A stretch of 64,000 bases of DNA from Blepharisma stoltei ATCC 30299 (GCA_965603825.1 CBFDEM010000021.1:885585-949584); one strand, 5' to 3'; counted from the first letter of the stretch, positions 24,530 through 38,185 are shown. The notes: generated from the sequence alone by a model not told the origin. Translations and numbers: made by a program.

Positions 24530-27500
24530 CTAGTCAGCACTTTTGATCTCAGTCGGCATTATTTTTTTCGAAAATGCGCCTTTTCCAAAAGTAAAGGCAA
24601 ACTTAAATAAAGTAGATGTATCTTTGCCCCTCTTTCTAAATAATAAGCTAGGATATTTTTTCTTTTGAACATATAATCCAATAGCAACAATGATAAGCCA
24701 CCCACCTATTAAAACGACAAGCAAAGGAACAAAATTATCTTTTATCCCAATAGCAATTGTAGATAACAAAGCCAGCCACACAACTCCAATCAAGCTTAAT
24801 TCTTCCCATCAGCTAAATCTTGGATAATTATATGGCTTAAATTTAAATGTAAAAATAATATAAATAATCATCACAATGACAAATAAAACTCCGTGTACAA
24901 TGCTTTGAGATCTTTTTATTGTTTTATTCATCACAATTAAAGTAATCTGAAGAACACTTTTTACCATCAAATATAGTGGAGTTGTTTTCACGTGAAGCAT
25001 GTGCTGTAATTCTTGCCAAAGAGGCCTGCAAAATATTGCTAACGGGACATATAAAAGTAATGCAAGAAATGAACCTATTGCATATCCTAAATGCTCGTTT
25101 TTCCAACAAAAATAATAGCAATCCCTTGCAAGAAAGCTATCAGTAAAATTATCTCCAATTGACTGGTCACATAAGAAAATATCAAGGCAAATTGAAATAA
25201 ACGGAATAAAGCACAAATTCCCTAAAATAGGCATAAGATAGTCAGCAAGCCATGACAAAAACCTAAAAACAGAAAAAACCCTCCACTTCTCGTCCAACCT
25301 TAGCAAAACAACAGCACAAAGAAGTGCCCATACCCCGACCCCTCCAAAAACAATATCTACAATAATCCAAAAAGTCCCTTTATCGAAATTCAAAATATCC
25401 CATAGACTTAATGATAAAGCATCAGAAATTTTTGCAATAGCAGAGCTCATAATATCGAAGTCAGGCCCCATAGCAGTATATTGGAAAAACTCTATAATAA
25501 TAGAAGCCGCTACTATTGTGTCCTCTATAGAAATTTCTTCTTTTTGTTTTAGCTCTTCAATTGAGATATTTCATCATTTTTTCCATATTATCACTGTAAT
25601 ACCAAGAGAAATTGCTGCAACTGCAAAGCAAATTCCGAATAGCAGCCCTCTTCCTTTATCAAAAGTTTTTATTTCTTTATCAGGGAATGGGCATTTGCTG
25701 TTTTCATTCCTTAAATCGCTTGGCTTATTGGTAGTTCCATCAGGATAAACAATAGGATTTGTGATACTTAAAATTTGCGAAGAAAACGGCTTTAATTTAC
25801 CTATAAATTTTGTGGTAATTTTACTAGATAAATCGACCTCACTGACCTCAATATCTCACCCATCAACAATCCTGTCATTCGTCCCTTTTTCTATTGTCAC
25901 CCTTCCTGTGCATCCTTGAAACTGCTGATTCCTTATGACTGCTTCTAGCTTTTTAACGTCAGTGTAATCCTGCCCTCTATTTATCATATAGTCCAAAGCA
26001 TGAGCCAAAAGATAAACTCCATCATAATAAGGGCAAGTAAAGGCATTTGTAGGCTCTTTATAGATTTCCATGACCTTTGCTTTGGCTTTTCCCCCAATTT
26101 CCCCTACCCAATTCTGTTGTATCATTCTAAACATCGGAACTCCAACTTCTAGTCTTTTATATAGAAAAGTGTCATTAGTCCCAATAATGGTCAGCATATC
26201 CAAATAAGTCGCGAAAATTAGCATATCGCCTTTTCTCATGCCTAAGTCATATAAAATTTCTAGCACAAAATTGCACATAGGAGACTGTACCGTTACTATC
26301 AATAATCTTGCTTGGGAATCTATGATTTTTTGAAAAACATTGGTGTAGTTTTTTATAGTGGTTCTGTCAAGATTTGCAGGAATGTACCAGGTGCTTTCTG
26401 GGTTCATTATTTCTAAGCCTTGACTTGCGATAGCTGGGTTTAAATACCAAGACCTTGAAATTGCCCATAAATCGTTTTGGTATAAAATCGCGATTTTTTT
26501 CCATCCCATAACTTTGATTAAAACTGAGAGTAATGATGAAGCATAAGCTGTGGAAAAACCGACTCGGGTGTACATAGGATAGGTTTGGGTCACATTTAAA
26601 GAAGCATCAGAATTGGTGCACCCCACAACAGGAAAAGACACATTAAGGGATTTAAAAGTCTGCAATGCCCCAACAGCTATACTTGAGCCATATGATGAAA
26701 TATGACCTAAGCCGAATTTATCAATGTCTTTTAAAAAGCAGCTATAAGCAAATTTCGCGTTATAGACGGTAGCTCCACAGTCATAATTAAAAAACGCAAG
26801 CTGGAAATTCGATAAAATGCTGCGGCCTTCATTTATTTCGTCTCTTGATATCCATGCACCTCTGGCGCCGATTACTCCACTTGTGGCTGGCAGTGCATTC
26901 GGGTTTGTGGGCCCAGCATTTATGCTTAAATTCAAAATTTTTTTGGTCGATTTTGGAATTGTGCTTGACTTTTCAGGAAAAGTCAAATTATTTAAAATAA
27001 AAACGTTGTTATTTATAATCTCTCCAACAATGATTCTTTTGCCATTCTGGATGTTGACTAAAGAAAATTTGTTTTTGCCAGGATCATTTTTAAGCACTGT
27101 GAGGAGATCTTCAGTAGTTTCCTTTGAAATATGGCTTAAAATGTAAGAAATGACATTTATAATAGAATTTTTAAAATATTCTTCAGGAGAACCAACAAAT
27201 TCTTGCCCATAGTCAGTAATAATTAAGGCTCCATCTGTATGGCACTGATGCCCACTTTCTTGGTTTAGAATGATTCCATTACCGACTGATAATAGTTTTG
27301 CTTGTTTTAAGTGCTTTTGGATCTCAAGTGACTCTGAGGTATGAGAAAATACACAATACACTGTAGCTCCTTCTCGAAAAACGACTTTATTTACAAGTTC
27401 TTCAATGCTTGATTTTTCCTCAACTGCTAAAAACTTAAATTTACTTGAAAAATTTTCAACATTTCCTTTAAAATCATAATTCTCTTGATTATAAAACGCA

Positions 27501-27943
27501 ATCCCTTGCGTCCAATCCAAATAGCCTAGAGCTGCTAAAAACGCATTTATTTGGTCAGTTTTTGATGATGCTAGGGAAAAAGTCCAGTCGTCAGAAAATT
27601 TCAAACTGCTTTCTAGGACTAGGTGAATTATGAAGCTACTGCTGCATAATTGGGAAATTTTGTTTTGGGTGTCTAAATTGCTGGATAAATCAAGGAGAAT
27701 TAATGAGCCAGGAAAATTGTCTATACACTCAGCAATGACTGAAATTTCGCATCTGTGCCAGTCAATTGAGGAATTTAGCGATTGAGTCACTTCAAGAATA
27801 GAGGTTTCATTTCACTTGCCAGAATTTGAATAATTACTATCTGTATAGGCAACTATAATTTCTAATGAAATTGATAATTGTGATATTGCAAATAATAACA
27901 GAAGTTTTCTGAAATAACGCTGAAGAACGCCTGAAGCTGTCAT
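24530..27943 (-). CDS. Receptor-like protein, copy 4 (tandem VFT, ~9 TM), ~1137 aa
   Basis: ATG at 27943 (MTASGVLQRYFRKLLLLFAISQLSIS) is in frame with ORFs 25856-27790, 24809-25471 and 24530-24793. Confidence 0.9.
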
Positions 27944-28920
27944 ATTAAAATTATGTTATTAATATTAAAAAAAAATTATGTTTTAAGAAAATTTACTTAA
28001 AATCGGACTGATAAGCTTTCAGATTCAGTGAGGCTTTCTAATTAGATGATAGCAGCATTGCTTAGCAGCACATAAAAAAGTTTTATGAAGAAATACCCAT
28101 GAAAATACAAACTGGAGTTAAATATTGACTTGCAGCTTATTTACCATGAAGAAGAAAGAGATTGATAAATATTTAAAATAAGTAATAAGATAAGATTTCA
28201 AAGAAATAATTTTTTGCCCTCATACTATCACTTAATAACTATTATTTGAAGCTATCTACTGATCTGTAGTAATATTTTTCTAGCTTGTCTAATTAAAGTG
28301 AATGTTGACCATATCAACTCTTTTTGAAAATTTCAAAAGTTGTCTGCTGAGCTGAACATTTTCCAAGCGGAAAACTTCCGATTATGCAAGAGGATATTAT
28401 AAAAATTGAGAGAGAAAGAGGCTAAAATAATCGCTTTAAAATCAAGCTGCTTTAATAGACCTTATATAAAACATGCATGAAATTAAAAATTAAATATTGG
28501 CACTAAAAACAAATAATTAGCTATGAATTTTTACATGATATCACTGGCATTTTATATAATTGTATTTATTTTTAAATTAAAATAATTTTAAATTGAAAAG
28601 AAATATTATTATTATTATTATAAATTTTTATAAAAATGGTTTAAATATTTCTAATAATTCTTATTAATAATGGAATCGTTTATAGCTTTCCTGATTAAGT
28701 CAAATGCAATCGCATAAATAATGGGCTGTTTTTTATCTTTATCTTTATGTATTAGCCTATGTGCGTAAGACAGGTTTGATAATTAATTTATGCTTTTTCT
28801 TTAATAAATTTTAAAAGTAATATTTTAAAGTAAAATTTATTTAGGTGAACACTAATTTTTATTTAAATGGTGCTTTGTCTAAAAATAAAGATTACAATAA
28901 AACTAAAAAATTATAATTTA

Positions 28921-31900
28921 TTAAGTAATTTTTTGTTCTTTTGGGAATATTTTTCCCTTTGAAAATCCAACACTTTTTCCAAAAGAAAAAGCAAATTTAA
29001 ACAAAGTTGATGTATCTTTGGTACTTTTTCTAAATAGCAGACTGGGATATTTTTTCTTTTGAATATAGAGTCCAACAATGGCAATAATAAACCAGCCAAA
29101 AATCAAAACTACTAAAAGCGGAATGAAATCATCCTGGATCCCTATAGCAATCGTAGATATAAAAGCTAGCCATTCAACACCAATTAGGCTTAAACCTTGC
29201 CATCAGCTAAATCTTGGATAATTGTAGGGCTTAAATTTAAAAGTAAATATAATATAAACCAGCAGGACTATTATAAACAAAACACTATGGGCTATTTCTT
29301 GAGATCGTTTTATAGTTTTATTCATCACAATTAATGAAATCTGAAAAATACTTTTTACCATCAAATATAAGGGAACGACTTTGACATGAAGCATTAGCTG
29401 CAATTCTTGCCAGAGCGGCCTACAAAATATAGCCAAAGGCACATATAAAATCAACGCCAAACAAGACAGTATTGCATATACCAGATGCTCATCTTTTCAG
29501 CAAAAATAGTGGCAATCTCTTGCAAGAAAGCTGTCTGTAAAATCGTCACCAACAGATTGATCACATAAATACACATCTAGGCAAATCGATATAAAAGGAA
29601 TAAAGCACAAATTCCCTAAAATCGGCATGAGATAGTCAGCAAGTCATGATAAAAATTTAAAAATAGAAATAAACTGCCATTTTTCATCAAGCCTTAACAA
29701 AACAACAGCACATAGAACAGCTCAGAGCCCAATCCCTCCAAAAACAATTTCCACAACCACCCAAAATACCCCATTTTCCATCTTTAAAATATCATCTAAA
29801 TTCAGTGACAAAGAATTAGCAAATTTCGAAACTATTGAAGAAAAAATTGAAGTTTCAGGCCCCATCGACGTATATTGGAAAAATTCAACGATTATTGATA
29901 TTCCCACGATTAAATCTGGGACTGAAATTTCTTCTTTTTTCTTCAGCTCGTCGACTGATATATTTCATCATTTTTTCCATATTAAAACAGTAATTCCAAA
30001 TGTAACCAAGGCAACCAAAAAGCAAATCCCAAAAAGCAGTCCTCTCCCTTTAGGAAAAGTCCTTATGTCCTTATCAGGGAATGGGCATTTATTATTTTCA
30101 TTTCTTAGGTCGCTAGGTTTAATAGTAGTTCCATCAGGATAAATGATGGGGTTTGTGATACTTAAAATTTGTGAGGAAAAAGGCTTTAATTTCCCGATAA
30201 ACTGAGTTATAACATTTCCTGCGTCGTCGAACTGGTTTATTTCGATGTCTCAGACGTCAACAATTCTATCATTAGTCCCTTTCTCAATTGTCACTTTTCC
30301 TGTGCAGCCTTGAAATTGCTGGTTTCTAATAGCTGCTTCTAGCTTATAAGGGTCAGTGTAATCTTGCCCTCTATTTATCATATAATCCAAAGCATGAGCT
30401 ATTATATATATTCCATCATAATAAGGACAAGTATAGGAATTTGTAGGCTCTTTATACATAGATGTGATTTTTTCTTTAATATTCGCTCCTTTTTTGCCTA
30501 CTCAATTTTGTGGAAGCATCCTAAAAGTAGGGATTCCGACTGCAATCCTTTTTCATGCATAAATATCGTCCTTTCCAGCAGCAGTTAACTGATCCAAATA
30601 AGTCGCAAAAAAAAATAAATCACCTTTTCTAATGCCAAGATCATAAAAAAACTCCATTAAAAAGTTATACATAGGATACTGCATAGTCAAAACCAACAGC
30701 CTAGCTTGGGAGTCAACAATCCTTTGGATCGTGCTTGCATAATTTTTTAAGCCTTCTCTGTCAAGGCCTGCAGGAATATACCAGGTGCTTTCTGGGTTCA
30801 CGATTTCTAGTCCTTGTTTATCTATAGCTGGATTTAAATATCAAGACCTTCCGATCGCCCAAGAATCATTTTGATATAAAATCGCAATTTTTTTATATCC
30901 CATAACTTTGATCAAAACTGAAAGCAATGAATAAGCATACGCAATGGAGTAGCCCACCCTTGTAAACATAGGAAAATTTGCAGTGGAATTCAATGAAGCG
31001 TCTGTATTGGAGCATCCAACTATTGGGAATGTTACATTGAGCAGCTTAAATGTCTGCATTGCTCCAATAGCTACATTGGAAGCATATGATGACACATGGC
31101 CAAAGCCGAATTTATCAATGTCGTTGAGAAAACAGCTATAAGCAAATTTTGCATTATAAACGGTAGCACCACAGTCGTAGCTAAATAGCTCTATATGAAA
31201 ATTAGGCAAAATAGTGTGGCCATCATTTATTTCATCTTTTGCAAAATAAGTCCCTCTAGCTGCAATTACACCCCCTGTTGCTGGCAATGCATAAGGATTT
31301 GTAGGGCCTGCGTTTATGCTCAAATTCAAAATTTTTTTGGTAGATTTTGGAATAGTATTTGAGGGCCCGGGAAAAGTCAGATTATTTGTTATGAGGATAT
31401 TATTATTTACAATTGACCCAACGACTACTCTGTTTCCGTTCTGAATATTAACCAAAGAAAACTTGTTTTTGTTAGGACTATTTCGGAAGCCCTGCATAAG
31501 GATTTGAATATCTCAGGCGGTTTCATTTGAAGTTTGGTTTATAATGAAAGAAACCGCACTTATGATGGAGTCTTTAAAATATTCGTCAGAAGAAATCGCA
31601 AATTCGTGTGCGAAGTCAGTGATTATTAAAGCGCCATCAGTTTCACACTGATAGCTGCTTTCTTGATCAAGAATAATCCCATTGCCAGCTGTTAGAAGTT
31701 TGGATTTTTTTAAGTTTTTTTGGATTTCTAATGACTCTTCTCAGTTTGTAAAGATACAATATACAGTTGCGCCTTCTCGAAAAGCGACTTTATTGATAAG
31801 CCCTTCAATACTTGATTTTTCTTCAACAGCCAAAAAATTAAAGTCATATGAAAAATCTTTTATGGCTTCTTTTACATCATAATTTGCTTTATTGTTAAAA

Positions 31901-32331
31901 GCGATCCCTTGGGTCCAATTTAGGGATCTCAGTACAGACAATACAGCATTTATCTGCTGAGTTTTGGAAGATCCAAGCGCAAAAGTTCACTTATTTTCAA
32001 ATTTCACGTTGTTTTGGAGAACTAAATGAATCAAAATCCGACTTTGGCATAAATGGGAAATTGAGCTTTGTGTCGCTATATCATTTGATAAATCTACAAG
32101 AATTCTCGCAGTGGGAAAATAGTCAGTGCAGCGAGGAAGATTTGAGATGCTGCATTTGTGCCAGTCCACAGAGCCACTTAACGATTGAGTTATGCTTAGA
32201 ATAAAGTTTTCATCTGGATAAAGGCTCTCATCATAGGCAATTATAACTTCTAATGGAGAGGATAAATGCAAAAAAGTGAATAATGTCAAGATTTTCCAAA
32301 AAACGTGTGATCGGATATGTGGAATTATCAT
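28921..32331 (-). CDS. Receptor-like protein, copy 5 (tandem VFT, ~9 TM), ~1136 aa
   Basis: Track ORFs from 31987-32331 down to 28921-29106 form one frame with TGA=W; closest to copy 4. Confidence 0.9.
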
Positions 32332-32859
32332 ATTGGTTTAATTCTTAAAAATAATTGCAAATAAAGATTTTAAATATTAAAGCAAAAATAACTTTTAAAG
32401 ATGCAATTTTGGCTTTAGATTATTGTGGCTCTTATTTTAGGTAATTGTATGTAGGACAATAAAGTATGAGAAAATTTGAGCAAGGAAAGGATTTATACTT
32501 ATTATCATTATATACTTTGTAGCTTGATTATTTTTAATTTGCAATAATATATGAATCAGATAAATATGTATCATCGCGTCTTCATGGTTATGGCATGCTT
32601 ATCATTAGCTTTCTCTTCAACTAGCAAATTTCTTTATCATTTAATGAAGAAATTTTAAATAAACTTTACATTTTTAAGTCTTAAGATCGATTTATTGTAA
32701 AAACCATACAATTATTGGGGAGATATTTCCTAATTATTGTTTAGTATATCATTAACAAATAATAAATGCACCTTTTTGAATTAAAGATATTTAAAAATAT
32801 AGCCATTAGTATTTAAAGATATCTATATAGGCTAAATATATTAGGATACTTTATATTAC

Positions 32860-35800
32860 TTAATCATCTATCAAATAAATACTGCTTTTTAGGCTAAAGT
32901 TAAACGCGAAACTAAATAAAGCAGACTCATTTCTTGGCTTCTTTTTATAAAGCAAGCTTGGGTATTTTTTCTTTTGTATCAAAATGCCAACCAAGCCAAT
33001 CATAGCCCACCCTACAATCAAAATTGTTATATAAACTATCGAGTTCCCACCAGCTGATAATAAAATAACTGATAATAAGGCTAACCATATCACTACAATC
33101 AAACTAAGTGCTTGCCAGAAGTTAAATCTCCCATAATTAAAAGCATTGTATTTTAAAATATACCACACATATGCAGTCATTATAACTATAAAAACAATTC
33201 CATGCGATATATCGCTAGCTCTCTTAAGTGTTTTATTTAGAGTAATTAGCATCATTTGCACGATAGACTTAACCATAAGATAAATTGGCAATGCTTTTAC
33301 GTGGAGGTTTAGCTGCAGCTCTTGCCAAACCGGTCTAAAAAAGACAGCTAGCGGCTGGTATAAAAGCAAAGCTACAATAGAAAGGAGCGCGTATATTAGA
33401 TGTTCGTCTTTTCAGCAGAAATAATAGCAGTCTTTCGCAAGAAAACTGTCGGTGAAGTCGTCTCCTATAGACTGATCACACTGAAACATTTCAAGACAAA
33501 TTGATATAAAAGGAATAAAGCATAAATTGCCCAAAATTGGTATTAAATATTCTGATAATATACCTAAGTTCCTGAATATCCAAATATTATCATATATTTC
33601 ATGGAGCCTCAGCAGAACCACAGTACAGAGAATGACTCATAGCCCAATAGAGCCTAATACAATATCTGCAATTATCCAAAAAAATCCATTTTTAAACTCT
33701 ATAAAATCATTCAAGTCAAAAGATATTGCTTGGCTGAGCTGAGATAATAGAGAGATTAAAGCCTGGAAATCAGGTCCCATAGAAGCAAATTGAAAAGCTT
33801 CAATAACGATAGTGGCAGCTACTATGAAATCTTGCAAAGAAACTTCTTGGCGCTCCACAAGATCATTTATTCTCTCATTCCACCATTTTTTCCTTATCAA
33901 AAATGTGATTATCCCAGCAATTAAGGCCATAGTAAAGCATATCCCGAAAAGCAAGATTCTTCCTTTTGCGAAGGTCTGGATTTTGTTTTCTGGAAATGGG
34001 CATTTACCGTCAGTCACTCTTAAATCAGGAGGCTTAATAGTTGTACCGTCTGGATAAATCAATGGTTTTTCAAAATAAAGCAGCTGTGTGCTAAATGGCT
34101 TTAAAGTTCCAACTAAAGAAATATTTGCAGTCCCTTGTGCTTGGTTCACGTTGGCAACTTCAAATTGGTATAAATCAAAAATCCTATCATTACTATTCTG
34201 TTCTATTTGAACATATCCAGTGCAGCTTGCAAATCTTTGAACCCTGAGCGCTTGCATTAGTTTATAAGGATTCGTATAATCTTGTCCTCTGTTTATCATG
34301 AAATCAAGGGCATTTGCTACAAGATAAGCACCGTCATAGTAATTGCACCCAAAAGTATTTGGTGCTATATTATACATCGCCCAAATTCGTTTTAAAGCAT
34401 CTTGGCCTATATCTCCCAGTCAGCTTGGTGTTATGAGGCGAATCATGGAGTGTCCGATTTCCAATCTTTTTTGCAAAGAAGTATCATTAATTGAAATATA
34501 TGTTAAGGGATCAGGAGTCACTGTAAAAATAATTATATCCCCTTTTCTCATTCCTAAATCGTAAAAGGTTTCTAATGCATAGTTGCACATTGGGCATTGA
34601 AAAACCATAATAAAAAGCCTTGCCTGAGAATCAATAACCCCTTGGAATGCATCTGTATGATTTTTTATGGAGTTTCTGTCTAAGCTAGGAGGGATCGCCC
34701 TCAGCTTTTCTGAATTGATAATTTCCAAGCCTACGCTTTTAGCAGTATTTTGTGTAATGGAATAACTAGCTATCCCCCATGAGCTGTTTTCATATAAAAT
34801 TGCTGCCTTTTTTCACCCAAGTGCTTTGACGAGCACTATATTTTCGATATAAGTCACTGAAGAGATAGTTCTGACATACATAGGATAATTTTGGGAGGAT
34901 TTTAGGCTTATATCACCATTGGTGCTTCCAATGCAAGGGAGACTTATGTTTAGTTGTGCAAAAGTTTTCATTGTGCCTATCGCCATTCCAGATCCATATG
35001 AATTCAGATGTGCCAAGCCTAATTTATCAATGTCGTGGCTGAAGCAAGATTTTGCAAAGGCTGCATTGAATATAGTGACCCCACAGTCGAAGTTAAATAG
35101 CTCTGTATGAAAATTTGGCAAAATATCGTTACCTTCGTTGATTCTTTTCAAGCATGCGTAAGCTCCCATTGATCCTAATTTTTGTGTCATACTTGGTTGG
35201 GCGCCTGGGTTTGTTGTTCCAGCGTTGATACTTAAATGCAAAACTTTTTTAGCTGACTTTGGGGTAGAATATGCATTGCCTGGAAATGTAATATTATTAA
35301 AAATAATGACTCCATCATGAGTAATGGATCCCACAATTTTTCTTTTGCCTTTTTGAATATTAACAATCGAAAAGTTACGCTTATTATTAGGAGTTGACAT
35401 GCTTGAGTCAAGTAGAATCCTGATTTCATCATACGTTCCTCTTGATGTAGTATTTGATATGAAACCAATAGTATTTATAATAGAATGTTGAACATATTCT
35501 TCAAATGATAAGTCGTTCTCATAGCCCATCTCAGTAATAATTAAAGCGCCTTCAAGCTCACATCCATAGCCACTTTCTTGGTTCAATATAATTCCATTAC
35601 CAGCTATCAAAAGTTTTGCACTCTGCAACGATTTTTGTAAAAAAAGCGACTCTGAAGGCTCCAAAAGTACATAATAAAGCGTCGCACCCAATCTTGAGAC
35701 CTCTCTGTTGACTAAATCATCAAAACTTGTCATTGTTTCTACAGATAAAATTTTAAACTCAGCTGAAAAACTAAGAAAATGTTTTTTGGCTTCCAAATAT

Positions 35801-36255
35801 TTTTGATTAATAAAAGCCACTCCTTGTGTTCAGTTAAAGTAGCCCAGCAGTGAAAAAAGCGCACCCTGTTGCTCATTCAGTGAAGATGAAATTGAATAAG
35901 ATTGCTGAATTGAATATTTAGAAAATAATTGATATGACAAGTGAATTAAGCGGTTATCAAGGCAAAGTTGGGAAATTGCATATTGATTTCCATAATCAGT
36001 TGATAAATCAAGGAGAATGACAGCATTTGGGAATTCTTCTAAACAGTCCTTAACCTCAGAGTAATAGCATGTGTGCCAATCTACGTCAGTGCTAGCTTTA
36101 TTTGACAGAGAGAATTCTGATAAACTATTATTTTTTTCAGGAGTATCACCTCTATTATCAGGGTAAACAATTATCACTTCCAGACTGCTTGATAAAATAA
36201 ATAAGCTCCAAAAAAAAAGGGACTTGCTCTGATGATAAAAGTTAATTTCGATCAT
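32860..36255 (-). CDS. Receptor-like protein, copy 6 (tandem VFT, ~9 TM; most divergent), ~1131 aa
   Basis: ORFs 35830-36255, 34813-35820, 34420-34728, 33637-34377, 33412-33621 and 32860-33369 are joined by TGA=W. Motifs YPMYVRT, YDGAYLVANAL, FASCTGYV...NDR. Confidence 0.9.
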
Positions 36256-36539
36256 AATTTTTTTTTAATTTTAAAGATATAGTGCTTTTTTAAACAAAAA
36301 TTAAGCTCAGCTTTTAATAATAGATTGAAGATTCTTGAAGCAGAGAAAATAATATTTAAAAAAATAGCCTTATCTTTATAACAAAAAAAAATGACAAAAT
36401 TTTATTTGGGAGGACTTTTAGATTTATCAACAATGCAATATGATAAATAATGGAAGTCATAACTTAGAGCTGTCCAAATATCAAATTTAATTAATTTTTA
36501 CTATGCTTGCTCAAATGATTTAATCCTATATCTATTAGT

Positions 36540-37103
36540 TTATTCAGGAAACACAAGCCACATTGCTTCCTTTTCTCTTTTCTTTATGTACTCATTAAAC
36601 TCCTCCTTAATCTTTTCGAAATCCTCTCCAAAATACGTCCTCTTCAGCGCTATCTCAGTCTTGGTATCTTTGACTCCATCAATTTTTTTCTTATGCCTGC
36701 GCTCATAGGTTAAATTGTTTCTCTTTGGCTTTGGTATGACGGCTCCGCTCTTTTTGGAGACCCTGACCCTTGTCCCATCTTCCAAATATCCAATTTTCAC
36801 ACGAGTCGGCTTCTTTGTTTCTGGATCTGAAAGAAGCATATTGGACACATGAATCGGGGATTCTTTTTCATAAGTTGTCGTTGACTCTGAGCTCATAACG
36901 CCCGCCCGCTTGTGTCTGATCCTCAAATTAACCCCATGCACTATCACTTGGTTTCTCTTTTTCAAGACACACACAACGCGTCCATGCTTGCCCTTCTCGT
37001 GGCCTGAAATAATGTGAACGTGGTCGCCTCTGGTGATATTCCACTTCTTGAACGGAACCTGCTTCGGCTTGAAAGAGAAGGCTCGGAATAAAGCTGTAAG
37101 CAT
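36540..37103 (-). CDS. MRPL24: Mitochondrial ribosomal protein uL24
   Basis: KKWNITRGDHVHIISGHEKGKHG (KOW motif), VIVHGVN, ESPIHVSN, KPTRV, GTRVRVSKKSG. First true ATG at 37103 gives a presequence-like MLTALFRAFS. Confidence 0.93.
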   Translation of the reverse strand: MLTALFRAFSFKPKQVPFKKWNITRGDHVHIISGHEKGKHGRVVCVLKKRNQVIVHGVNLRIRHKRAGVMSSESTTTYEKESPIHVSNMLLSDPETKKPTRVKIGYLEDGTRVRVSKKSGAVIPKPKRNNLTYERRHKKKIDGVKDTKTEIALKRTYFGEDFEKIKEEFNEYIKKREKEAMWLVFPE

Positions 37104-37114
37104 TTTATTAGGCA

Positions 37115-38185
37115 ATGGCACAAAATTCTATGGAAAACTCAGTGTTTTTAACGCTGCCAAGGCGAGCGTCCTGCCATCAAATGAATCCTCAGAAAAGCAG
37201 GCATTTTATGACTTTTTCACCCAATTTTGAAAATCGGCATCAGTCATTTAACGTGAAACCAAGTTCAAGAATCAGCTTAATTTTTGGGCTACCGTTTAGA
37301 AAATACAATGAACGGCTTATAAGGGACGAAGAATTCCAGACCTATGCTATTAATCAAGAACTGACACTTATTGAGTCAAAATCCAAAGAATTGAACCAAA
37401 AATTCAATAATGTAAAATAAATTCAGGAAGAAATTGTAGAGCTATTTAAGAAACTTTCTTATGAAAGCCAAGTAACTTTAAACCGAAGCTTAGAGGAAAC
37501 CTTAGGCCTTTTAAAAGAAATTTCAACTATGGTCTTGCATGGTAATTCTCGAGTAGAGCATGGAAATTCTCCTGAAGAAATCGGCCTGCCCAGCATTCCA
37601 AGCTTATTCTTCGAGCTCAAAGAAAACGACGAGCTCAAAGTTTTCAAGCAAAATAAAAAGCTGCATTACTATATGTTTAAAGCGCTAAAAGGCGCTATTG
37701 GTGCTTATAATATATTAAATAAACAAAAAGACCACAAGAAGTTCGACACCTCTGCATGCAATCTTTTATTTCAGTATCTCGCCAGGGTAAGGCTGCTACA
37801 AAACAAATTAATAGAAATTATTAACATCCACAAAGAATCGCACACAGAAAAAATCACGTATACAAAAGAACCCCCAAAAAAGAAACTCCTAATCCAGCTG
37901 CAGAAAAAGAGGCCATCCAGGATAAAACTGCCAAGCTCTTATTCGTCAATTCAGCTAATCCAAGAAAATGCATCGTCTCCTATAGAAGCAAATACGTCGT
38001 TTAATAACATTTCAAATTTATTTTCAAACCCAAACCAAACAGGCAATATACCATTGCCGAAAAGCTTGTATACTGTTAATAAAAAGCGAGATGTGAGAAA
38101 TGCTATAAGGCTGGGCAAAAAATTAGCTAGAGATCCTGCACTTGTATATAGGTTCCGCAGTATGGACTCTATTAGATTATGTTAA
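37115..38185 (+). CDS. Hypothetical protein (~350 aa) with one 15-nt intron (37412-37426)
   Basis: Removing GTAAAATAAATTCAG deletes the in-frame TAA and joins ORF 37115-37420 to ORF 37529-38185 in frame. Start uncertain (37115, 37130 or 37180). Confidence 0.8.
37412..37426 (+). other. 15-nt spliceosomal intron
   Basis: GTAAAATAAATTCAG, phase 0, contains an in-frame stop. Confidence 0.88.

Noticed and set aside
2153-35110. Antisense ORFs over the receptor genes (e.g. 3527-4009, 19699-20064, 23220-23606, 26817-27146)
   Set aside because: These are shadows of conserved sense-strand coding sequence; they recur only because the paralogs are similar.
1530-36255. The many short track ORFs as separate genes or pseudogene fragments
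   Set aside because: They lie in one frame per gene and are split only by TGA codons that align with Trp in paralogs.
37104-37121. Coding overlap between uL24m and its neighbour, as shown in the ORF track
   Set aside because: The track starts uL24m at a GTG; the first ATG is at 37103, so the coding regions do not overlap.
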